Source: a virus
Taxonomy: Duplodnaviria; Caudoviricetes
Virus record (IMG/VR): IMGVR_UViG_3300032330_001135
Coordinates: 1-27,255 of that record
Length of the DNA: 27,255 nt
Reading direction: 5' to 3' (one strand)
Part shown: positions 1-7,798 of the stretch, in pieces
Layout: each line of letters opens with the position of its first letter
How positions within the stretch are numbered: the stretch's first letter is position 1
The notes under the pieces: generated by a model
What the model saw: the letters and a program-made list of their open reading frames with translations, nothing else
What the model was told of the DNA's origin: nothing
Databases searched by the model: none
Position numbers and translations under genes: made by a program

Positions 1-1
1 A

Positions 2-313
2 GGCGCAACCACCACAAGCTACGGAACTGCAACCGGAGAAGTTTCGGGTACCAACTACGCTGCAATCCCCATCAGCGGCTGGGCTACTCCAGCGGCATCC
101 GGTACCACGGCAATCACTACGCCTAGTGCTAGCTTCAGCTGGCCCAACGTAACGCTGTCTACTTCATTCGATACCGTGTTGATTTACAACAATACCCAAG
201 GTGGCAAGGCGGTCAGCGTGCACACTTTCGGAGCCCAGACGGTCACAGCGGGCACGTTCACCCTGACTATGCCTACTAACGCGGTCGGTACGGCCCTACT
301 GCAGATTGCATAA
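2..313 (+). CDS. 5'-truncated phage virion structural (tail-associated) protein
   Basis: Not in the ORF track because the start lies outside the window. Frame 2 is open from base 2 to TAA at 311-313: GATTTSYGTATGEVSGTNY...FDTVLIYNNTQGGKAVSVHTFGAQTVTAGTFTLTMPTNAVGTALLQIA. It ends 2 nt before the next ATG. The 'EVSGTNY' and 'LIYN..GKAV.V..FG....TAGTFT..P' pattern resembles a small structural protein that commonly precedes fibre genes in aquatic phages. Confidence 0.8.
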   Translation, partial: GATTTSYGTATGEVSGTNYAAIPISGWATPAASGTTAITTPSASFSWPNVTLSTSFDTVLIYNNTQGGKAVSVHTFGAQTVTAGTFTLTMPTNAVGTALLQIA

Positions 314-315
314 AC

Positions 316-3300
316 ATGGCAACCTACTACTGGGTTGGCGGGAACGGAACTTGGGACGCCACGGATACTACACATTGGGCAGCTAGCTCTGGTGGCGCTG
401 GCGGTGCTGGCGTACCTACGTCTGCGGATAACGTCGTCTTCGACAATTACCTTGGTAGCACAGCATATGCTGTAACGGTAGGGACTAATGCGGTAGCTGC
501 GGACATCAACATAGCGGGCCCGTTGGTGGGCACCGTGACGATCACGATGGGGGCTACAGCAGTTATCACCTGCTACGGGTCTTGGTTGAATGCGAGTTCG
601 GGGGTTGCGTTTAGTCCAACCTCTGGGGCAAATATTACCTTTGCCGCTACAACTACCGGTAAAACCGTGTCTACTAACGGCGTAACGCTAGGCGCAACCA
701 ATGTTGTATTCAATGGAGTAGGTGGTGGCTGGACATTGTCAACAACATGGCTATCTACATCGTCCATTACGCTTACCAATGGAAGCCTGAACACCAATGG
801 GCAACCTGTAACCTGCACAATAATTAACTCAAACAATTCAAATACGCGAACGCTTACACTGGGCGCATCTGCAATCAGTCTGTCCAATAACTGGAATACT
901 GCCACCACTACTGGGCTTACCTTTAGCGGTGCCTCATCCACAATTACTTGCACAGCAGCATCTCCCACTTTTAGCGGTGGTGGGCTGTCTTATGGCACGG
1001 TTAACTTTAACAACGCTGCGTTGGGTACAACCACCATTACTGGCGCAAATACGTTCGCTGCAGTTACCCAAACAAGTCGTAGCACAGTAGGGCAGCGCAT
1101 TATCAGTGTAGGGGCAAATCAAACCATTACCGGTACCCTGACCCTACAAACGCTGGGAACTCCAGTTGCAACGCAGCGCACTGTTGTGCAAAGTGATGTG
1201 ATTGGTACCCGGCGCACTATCACCGCTGCGGCTTTGTCGGGCATGGCTGATGTGGATTTCCGTGACATTGCAGGTGCTGGCGCGGCCTCTTGGACAGGTA
1301 CCCGTATCGGTAACTTGCTGAACAACACGGGCATCACGTTCACCACGGGCGTCAATAAGTATTGGAATCTTGCTGCTGGCGGAAACTGGAGTAATACGGC
1401 TTGGGCGTTGTCCGCTGGGGGCGCTGTTGCCGCTGCTAACTTTCCCCTAGCACAGGACACGGTAAATATCGACCTGACTACCATCACCTCTGGCAGCACC
1501 ATCAACATCACCGTAGCGTGGCAAGTTCCAACGGTCATCTGCACTCGGCCTTCAGGCAGTAACACGCTGGTAATGACTTCCGGTACGATCAGTCCGCAGT
1601 TTTACGGAAACTGGACTTCGTGTGCAGGAATGTCGTTCACGGCTCCTACTAACGCATGGGAGTTTGTTGGCCAAGGACTGACGCAAACCATTACCAGCGC
1701 TAGCATCCCCTTCACCCAAGGCTTTACCGTCAACTCACCCGGTGGCACATTTCGTTTGGCGGATAATTTAACTACAGGTACAGGCGCGACGTTTACCTTG
1801 ACTACGGGCACGCTGAACCTGAACAACTTTGTGTTGAGCACAGGTATTTTTTCAGGCACAGGCTCAGCAACCCGCGTTCTTAACTCTGGGTCAGGGACCA
1901 TCACGATTACCGGTACTAATACTACCGTAATCAACTTTGGCACCACAACAAGCTTGACCGTGGACACACGGCCTACGTTCAACTTAACCACCAGCCCTGC
2001 GGTTACTACAGGAACGCGTTTAATATCCATTGGGGCAGGTAGCAACTTGCCTGTAGCTCCAAATATCAATGTCACCAACGGTAGTGACACGTTCAATACC
2101 TCGGGTACCAGCACCGTAAACAACCTGAACCTCAGCGGGTTTACTGGCACCCTTGGTAACGCCACGCGCAATATCTACGGCAATCTCACCATGAACGGGA
2201 CGATGACGGCGGTTACTGCGGGTACCTCGGGCACCACGTTTATTGGGGTTGGTAGCCAGACCATTACATCAGCAGGTCAAGGTTTGGACTTCCCCATTGC
2301 ATTTGACGGTGTAGGTGGTACGTTTACGTTGCAGGACGCACTGACCGTTGGCCCGATTGGGAGTGACTCAACTCGAACCACCACGCTGACCAACGGCACG
2401 CTTGTACTCAATGGGTTCAACCTGAGTACAGGGCAGTTTAGCTCCAGCAACACCAACACGCGCACTCTTAACTTTGGCTCCAACAAGATCATTGTCACGG
2501 GGGCTAACGGCACAGTGTTCAACATGGGTACGTCAACTAACTTGACGTTATCTGGAACTCCGCAAGTGGAGGCAACGGGCACCGCAGGTACCGCTGGGCA
2601 ACTCCGTACCATCACTCCCCCCGCAGTCGGTACAAACCTTGAAACCTTAGCGGTCAGCGTGCGGGTCACTGCCGGTGTAGACACAATCAGCCTTGCAACT
2701 ACCTCCAGCGCCTACGGCAACGTCGAATTCACCAGCGGCTTTACGGGTACAGTTCAGATGACCAACGCCATCGTCGTTTACGGCAATTGGACGTTTGGTG
2801 CGAACATGGTCACGCCGACTACAAACACCGGTAGCGTAACTTTTGCGTCCACCAATGCAACCACGCGAGTCATAACATCCAACGGGAAAGCCTTTGGGGG
2901 ATCGAGCATCGTGTTTAGCGGGGTTGGTGGGTCATGGCAGCTAGTGGGTAACTTCGCCACAGGTGCTACAAACACCATGACCCTAACCACAGGGGCGCTT
3001 GACCTTAACAATTATTCAGCAACCGCTGGGCTGTTTAGTTCTAGCACCTCTAATACCCGCTCAATTGCCTTTGGCTCCTCTGGCAAAATTGTGGCCAACT
3101 ACGCTACAGCTAACGGCACTGCGACGGTGATTACTCTTAGTACCTGCACTGGGCTTACTTACACCGGAACTTCACGTATTGAAGTCACGGGGGACCCTTC
3201 AACAACCCCTACAGCGGGTACTCGTACTATTGCTGGGCCACAACCTACAACTGGCGGTTCAGAAGCCAATGCAATGAGCATTTATGTAAAAGCGGGATCG

Positions 3301-4026
3301 GACATCATTGCCATCGGAACGGCTGCTCGCTGCTATGGAACAATTGACTTTACCGGGTTTGGCGGGACACTGCAGACCAATACCTCCCCGTTAATTTTTG
3401 GGGACTTGGTGCTGTCTACAGGGATGACAATCCCCAGCACGACTAACACTAACGTGTGGACCTTTGCGTCGACTTCCGGCACTAAGACAATCACCACCAA
3501 TGGCAAAACGCTTGACCTTCCTTTGGTCTTTGATGGTATTGGTGGGAAGTGGGCGTTTCAGGATGCCTTAACTTTAGTGACTACCAGAGCGCTGACGCTG
3601 ACCAATGGAACCCTGCAGCTCAAGTCCGGCACAACCAATGTCGTAGGTTCCTTCGTGACTCCGGGCCTAACCCAGACTTACCTGCAGGCTACAACCTCTG
3701 GCTCACAGGCTACGATTTCGGCTCCTAGCGGAACCAACACGGCTACGTTCATCACCATCCAAGACTCCAATGCTACGGGTGGTGCCGTGTGGCAAGCGTC
3801 TAATGCGGTTAACCCCGTCAACGCAGGCAACAACTCGGGCTGGAACTTCGCCACGGCGCTATCAGGAGTTTCCGCTACAGGTAGCGTAGGTACGGTAAAC
3901 TTGGGCATAACTCCCTCGGCACTAACTGGGGTGCGGGCTACCGGAAGCGTGGGCACTGTCTACATTGGTTGGCGAGACGTCAATACGACTCAGACACAGA
4001 CATGGACTCCGGTCATCACAAGCTAA
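316..4026 (+). CDS. Large Thr/Gly/Ser/Asn-rich beta-solenoid tail fibre or adhesin-like protein (1236 aa)
   Basis: Long ORF of beta-helix-like composition with few charged residues. It has five degenerate repeats of TI(T)xNG..F.G.GG.(W/F).L.D.L....TLT.G.L.LN, an N-terminal YYWVGG..W...W cap and C-terminal (A)L(S/T)GV.ATGSVGTV repeats. It lies among tail genes. Confidence 0.75.
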   Translation: MATYYWVGGNGTWDATDTTHWAASSGGAGGAGVPTSADNVVFDNYLGSTAYAVTVGTNAVAADINIAGPLVGTVTITMGATAVITCYGSWLNASSGVAFSPTSGANITFAATTTGKTVSTNGVTLGATNVVFNGVGGGWTLSTTWLSTSSITLTNGSLNTNGQPVTCTIINSNNSNTRTLTLGASAISLSNNWNTATTTGLTFSGASSTITCTAASPTFSGGGLSYGTVNFNNAALGTTTITGANTFAAVTQTSRSTVGQRIISVGANQTITGTLTLQTLGTPVATQRTVVQSDVIGTRRTITAAALSGMADVDFRDIAGAGAASWTGTRIGNLLNNTGITFTTGVNKYWNLAAGGNWSNTAWALSAGGAVAAANFPLAQDTVNIDLTTITSGSTINITVAWQVPTVICTRPSGSNTLVMTSGTISPQFYGNWTSCAGMSFTAPTNAWEFVGQGLTQTITSASIPFTQGFTVNSPGGTFRLADNLTTGTGATFTLTTGTLNLNNFVLSTGIFSGTGSATRVLNSGSGTITITGTNTTVINFGTTTSLTVDTRPTFNLTTSPAVTTGTRLISIGAGSNLPVAPNINVTNGSDTFNTSGTSTVNNLNLSGFTGTLGNATRNIYGNLTMNGTMTAVTAGTSGTTFIGVGSQTITSAGQGLDFPIAFDGVGGTFTLQDALTVGPIGSDSTRTTTLTNGTLVLNGFNLSTGQFSSSNTNTRTLNFGSNKIIVTGANGTVFNMGTSTNLTLSGTPQVEATGTAGTAGQLRTITPPAVGTNLETLAVSVRVTAGVDTISLATTSSAYGNVEFTSGFTGTVQMTNAIVVYGNWTFGANMVTPTTNTGSVTFASTNATTRVITSNGKAFGGSSIVFSGVGGSWQLVGNFATGATNTMTLTTGALDLNNYSATAGLFSSSTSNTRSIAFGSSGKIVANYATANGTATVITLSTCTGLTYTGTSRIEVTGDPSTTPTAGTRTIAGPQPTTGGSEANAMSIYVKAGSDIIAIGTAARCYGTIDFTGFGGTLQTNTSPLIFGDLVLSTGMTIPSTTNTNVWTFASTSGTKTITTNGKTLDLPLVFDGIGGKWAFQDALTLVTTRALTLTNGTLQLKSGTTNVVGSFVTPGLTQTYLQATTSGSQATISAPSGTNTATFITIQDSNATGGAVWQASNAVNPVNAGNNSGWNFATALSGVSATGSVGTVNLGITPSALTGVRATGSVGTVYIGWRDVNTTQTQTWTPVITS
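3856..3960 (+). repeat. Two-copy peptide repeat ALSGVSATGSVGTV / ALTGVRATGSVGTV
   Basis: Copies at 3856-3897 and 3919-3960 match at 12 of 14 aa but use largely different codons. Confidence 0.85.
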
Positions 4027-4035
4027 AGGTACACA

Positions 4036-4773
4036 ATGACTACAGCAGCAACATCACTACTCGGCCTCGCGCTACCCGTAAACGGAGAGTTGTCCGGTAC
4101 TTGGGGAGACGTGGTCAATACGTCCATTACCGCACTGCTGGACTCCGCCATCGCTGGGACTACCACGCTAAGCGCAGATGCTGATGTCTTATTGTCTACG
4201 ACACCCTTAGCTACAAACCAAGCACGTGAAGCAGTCATCTTGTGCACTGGCGCACGTACGGGTTTAACCACAATTACAGCCCCTTACCAGTCCAAAACTT
4301 ACGTAGTCATCAACGCCACTACTGGGGGCTTTGCTGTAAAGTTGGTTGCTGCAGGCCCCACCACTGGGATTACGGTACCTGCAGGGCGTTCGGCTATCGT
4401 GGCATTTAACGGCACTGATTTCGTAGCTGCTAACTCTTCGGTCAATGGTAACGCCACCGGCTACCTTGAAGTTGTGCAAAACGCGCAAAACGCAGGATAC
4501 ACCTTAGTGCTAGGTGATGCCGGTAAACAAATTTACTTCAATACTGCTGGGGTATTCACCATCCCCGCCAACGCGTCGGTCGCGTTTCCCATCGGAACTG
4601 CAGTGACTTTTGTGAACATGGGCGCAGCATCAACCATTGCCATTACTTCAGACACCATGTACTTGGCGGGGCTTGGCACCACCGGTACGCGTACTCTGGC
4701 GCAATATGGACTAGCCACAGCGCTCAAGATGACCGCGACTACGTGGATGATCTCTGGAAGCGGGTTGACCTAA
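4036..4773 (+). CDS. Short tail fibre protein (245 aa)
   Basis: The N-terminus LGLALP..GE.SGTWG..VN...LLD.AIAG resembles a tail-fibre attachment domain. The C-terminal YTLVLGDAGK..FTIPANASVAFPIGT...W.ISG.GLT domain is of the kind that typically precedes a Gly-rich tip gene. AAGG lies upstream of the ATG. Confidence 0.75.
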   Translation: MTTAATSLLGLALPVNGELSGTWGDVVNTSITALLDSAIAGTTTLSADADVLLSTTPLATNQAREAVILCTGARTGLTTITAPYQSKTYVVINATTGGFAVKLVAAGPTTGITVPAGRSAIVAFNGTDFVAANSSVNGNATGYLEVVQNAQNAGYTLVLGDAGKQIYFNTAGVFTIPANASVAFPIGTAVTFVNMGAASTIAITSDTMYLAGLGTTGTRTLAQYGLATALKMTATTWMISGSGLT

Positions 4774-4774
4774 T

Positions 4775-5566
4775 ATGGGCGCGATGCAGCAGATGTTGCT
4801 GGCCTCTAGCGGCACCCGGTTAGCGGTGTCGATTGTGGTTACTGCCAACACATTTGACTACATACTGAATACCGCAAAAGTAACCGGGTATGTAGCGGGC
4901 CTAACAGATGTCACGCTTACTGTGGCCTCTGGTTACTATATAGGGGCTAGTACCACTGGAAGTGCTGCGCTCACTGTCGACACCTCGTGGAATGCAGGGG
5001 ATACGGTTAAGGTAACTGTAGAGTCTGGGGCTTTTGTTTTGGGTGCTGGTGGGGACGGCGGCCAAGGCGGTGCGTACCCCGCTACTAATGGAAGTGATGG
5101 CGGCGCAGGTGGCACGGCTATTCGCGTTCAGCGTACAGCCACGGTTACCAACAACGGCACTATAGGTGGCGGTGGTGGCGGTGGTGGCGGTGGTGGCGCA
5201 GGGTCTTACAACGGCGGTAAATCTACGGTCTATTACAACGGTGATGGTGGTGGCGGTGGCCAAGGGTATGGTGGTGGAAATGGTGGAGCAGCACCACCAA
5301 TAGGAAGCGCAAGTTATGCTAGTAACTCCGGAACAGGTGGAACAACAGGTACGCCCGGTACCGGAGGCAACTCAAGTTACTTCTACGGCGGCAATGGCGG
5401 TTCTTTAGGAGCTAATGGTAATGCTGGGAGTACATATAGCAGCGGTGGATATACAACAACCGCAGCTGCTGGTGCTGGCGGTACAGCCGGTTTGGCCTTG
5501 ATAGGCAAGTCTTTTGTTAACTCAGGCTCGGGTGTATCCGGCACTGTTTATGGAGCGCAAACGTAA
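4775..5566 (+). CDS. Glycine-rich receptor-binding or fibre-tip adhesin (T-even gp38-like architecture, 263 aa)
   Basis: Contains G.GG.GG.GG motifs and 'NNGTIGGGGGGGGGGG' polyglycine tracts separated by Tyr/Ser-rich loops. It starts 1 nt after the fibre gene stop. Confidence 0.7.
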   Translation: MGAMQQMLLASSGTRLAVSIVVTANTFDYILNTAKVTGYVAGLTDVTLTVASGYYIGASTTGSAALTVDTSWNAGDTVKVTVESGAFVLGAGGDGGQGGAYPATNGSDGGAGGTAIRVQRTATVTNNGTIGGGGGGGGGGGAGSYNGGKSTVYYNGDGGGGGQGYGGGNGGAAPPIGSASYASNSGTGGTTGTPGTGGNSSYFYGGNGGSLGANGNAGSTYSSGGYTTTAAAGAGGTAGLALIGKSFVNSGSGVSGTVYGAQT

Positions 5567-5877
5567 TGGAATACAAAATTGTCTCGGCTAATGCCGAAAT
5601 CGGCCAAATCCAAGTGGCGTATTCAGAGGATGGTGTAGCCCTAGCTTCGTACGCTATCGACGTGCCTATTGTTGCGGGCGCCTATGTAACCGGGGATGCT
5701 TTGGAAGCGGAAATCCTAGCTCGGGCCCCCACATGGCTAGTAAACCGCAGGGCCATTGCCCAGTCTGCAAGTGGGTTTGAAAACATTTTGGCGCGTGTTG
5801 AAGAAACCCCAACGCCTGAAGCCCAAACGACGACTGACGACGTAGTTGACATCGTTCCAAACATTCAGGTGGTCTGA
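5566..5877 (+). CDS. Hypothetical acidic protein (103 aa), possible fibre-associated chaperone
   Basis: TAATG stop/start overlap upstream and TGATG overlap downstream; GGAG upstream. Function is inferred from position only. Confidence 0.7.
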   Translation: MEYKIVSANAEIGQIQVAYSEDGVALASYAIDVPIVAGAYVTGDALEAEILARAPTWLVNRRAIAQSASGFENILARVEETPTPEAQTTTDDVVDIVPNIQVV

Positions 5878-6398
5878 TGGTCACCGCAGGTCGCACTAGC
5901 TCCTACCCCGAGATTGGGCTGGCGCTTAACATCACCCGGTATGAGTCCGCCGGGGACAGCATTGACCGTACTCTGTCCGCAGCCCCCATGACCCCGGATA
6001 CGTATGCACGTCGGCACTTAATTACCAAGGGTAGCTTTGAGGCTACGTTTAAGGAACTCCCTGCAGTGCTTGACCAAGGCGCTGTAGGCGCAGTGTGGCC
6101 TTTTGCTGTGGAGCGGCCAACCAAGTTTTTTACGATAACGGCCACGCAGGACAACAGTGAGTATTTGTGTGTAGTTCCGCGCAGCGGTGGGCGGGTAGAT
6201 CATGCGGTTAGTTCGTTAGCTCAGGGCGAGATGCTTGACGTACCCCAAGGCACAGTGCTGGTGGTCATGGGCGCTTGTGAAGTGTTCGGGGCTCCCCATG
6301 CTGCGTTAGATGTCATAGTACTGCTCAACAATGCGGCTACAGTAGTCGCCAGCGAGGCCATGCAAGTACACCAATTCTGGAATTCGAGACTACGATGA
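5877..6398 (+). CDS. Hypothetical protein (173 aa), beta-rich, possibly cupin-like
   Basis: Exactly fills the gap between two genes, with a TGATG overlap at the start and an ATGA overlap at the end. The fold suggestion is weak. Confidence 0.65.
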   Translation: MVTAGRTSSYPEIGLALNITRYESAGDSIDRTLSAAPMTPDTYARRHLITKGSFEATFKELPAVLDQGAVGAVWPFAVERPTKFFTITATQDNSEYLCVVPRSGGRVDHAVSSLAQGEMLDVPQGTVLVVMGACEVFGAPHAALDVIVLLNNAATVVASEAMQVHQFWNSRLR

Positions 6399-6865
6399 TC
6401 GACCCCATCACGCTCATTGCTACGGCCCGAGCGACCATAGCGGGCGTGAAACAGGCGATTGCCCTTGGCAAGGACGCCTCCGAGCTTTTCCATCAGTTTT
6501 TTGATGCGAAAGACGCGGTCATGAAAGAGAAGGCCAAGCCTACCAAAAAAGCGTTTCAGTCGGTAAACTCACAGGCAATGCAATTTATCCAGCTTGCAGA
6601 AGAGATGCAGCAGATTGAGGAGGAGATTAAAAAATCCTTCATGCGGCGCGGCAAGACAAACCTCTGGATGGACTTCCTGCGGGAAAGGAACAGAATCGTG
6701 GCACAGCAAAAAGCCGATGAAATTGAAGCCGAAAAAGCCGCTGCCGAGCGTAAAAAAGAAATTGGTGAAGTGGTGGAACTGGTGCTGCTCCTGATCGCCA
6801 TTGCTGGGGTCATCACGCTAGTAGCTTGGGGCACAATGGAATACGTTGACTTTATGCGGAGATGA
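6395..6865 (+). CDS. Coiled-coil protein with C-terminal transmembrane helix (156 aa), lysis-cassette associated
   Basis: MIDPITL start, charged helical middle (E/K/Q/A-rich), hydrophobic stretch VVELVLLLIAIAGVITLVAWG. It lies directly upstream of the holin. Confidence 0.75.
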   Translation: MIDPITLIATARATIAGVKQAIALGKDASELFHQFFDAKDAVMKEKAKPTKKAFQSVNSQAMQFIQLAEEMQQIEEEIKKSFMRRGKTNLWMDFLRERNRIVAQQKADEIEAEKAAAERKKEIGEVVELVLLLIAIAGVITLVAWGTMEYVDFMRR

Positions 6866-6866
6866 T

Positions 6867-7361
6867 ATGGATGAACTACTTGGACTACTTAAAGGCATTG
6901 CTCCTGCTGTTGCAACTGCTGTTGGCGGGCCTCTTGGCGGTCTTGCTGTTACCGCTATTGCCAACAAGTTTGGTGTGGCTGATGACGTACAAGCCGTGGC
7001 AAAAGCCATCGCAGGTGACCCGGAAGCGGCGTCCAAACTGGCTGAACTAGACCTGCGTCAGTTTGAGCTAGAGAATGCTGACCGTGACTCCGCACGGCAC
7101 ATGCAGGAGACTGCACTGAATCAGGACGACAAGTACGCCAAGCACTTCATCTACAACTTCGCTTGGTTCTGGAGCATTGGCTCCATGGCCTACTTCTTCG
7201 CCATTACCTTTGGGCAAGTACCTGCAAGCGGTAAAGATTTTGGCAACATCATCCTAGGTTTCCTGCTTGGTACAGCCGTAGCTACTATCATCAGCTTCTT
7301 TTACGGTAGCTCTAAGTCCAGCAAAGACAAGACTGAAGCCATGAAAGTGGGGCTGAAATGA
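6867..7361 (+). CDS. Holin-like membrane protein (164 aa)
   Basis: The start is placed at ATG 6867 (GGAG at 6858-6861) rather than TTG 6846. It has an N-terminal APAVATAVGGPLGG amphipathic segment, two C-terminal hydrophobic helices and a 'FFYGSS' tail. It overlaps the endolysin by ATGA. Confidence 0.75.
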   Translation: MDELLGLLKGIAPAVATAVGGPLGGLAVTAIANKFGVADDVQAVAKAIAGDPEAASKLAELDLRQFELENADRDSARHMQETALNQDDKYAKHFIYNFAWFWSIGSMAYFFAITFGQVPASGKDFGNIILGFLLGTAVATIISFFYGSSKSSKDKTEAMKVGLK

Positions 7362-7780
7362 CGCCCAACTTCACCCTTGAAGAGCTGACCCACACAGACC
7401 ACCGTGAGTTCGACAACACGCCCAATGACGCAGAGCGAGCGAATCTTCAGCGACTGGCTGAGTTTTTGGAGCAGGTCAAGTCTGCCCTCGGAGGTAAGCC
7501 CATCATGGTCAACTCTGCGTTCCGCAGCAAGCAAGTCAATGATGCAGTGGGCTCCAAGGACACCAGCCAACACCGGCTAGGCTGCGCCGCCGACCTAAAG
7601 GTCCCGGGCATGACCCCTGATGCAGTAGTCCGCGCGGTCATCGCTGCCAACTTGCCGTTTGACCAGATCATCCGTGAGTTTGACGCTTGGACCCACGTCA
7701 GCGTACCCAACACTACAGCGCTGAAACCCCGCCGTCAGGCGCTTATCATTGACAAAGCAGGCACTCGCGCATTTGCCTGA
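7358..7780 (+). CDS. Endolysin, peptidase M15A family Zn peptidase (140 aa)
   Basis: NFTLEELT start, VNSAFRS, SQH..GCAAD (His/Asp ligands) and WTHVS (third His). It is adjacent to the holin. Confidence 0.9.
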   Translation: MTPNFTLEELTHTDHREFDNTPNDAERANLQRLAEFLEQVKSALGGKPIMVNSAFRSKQVNDAVGSKDTSQHRLGCAADLKVPGMTPDAVVRAVIAANLPFDQIIREFDAWTHVSVPNTTALKPRRQALIIDKAGTRAFA

Positions 7781-7798
7781 TCCGTGGGAAAATGAGCC

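Noticed and set aside
573-3956. Series of Val/Pro-rich antisense ORFs within the adhesin gene
   Set aside because: They are in-register shadows of Thr/Gly/Asn codons, with no RBS or protein-like features.
6846-6866. TTG start for the holin given by the ORF track
   Set aside because: ATG 6867 has GGAG 5 nt upstream and follows the previous stop by 1 nt, matching other junctions.
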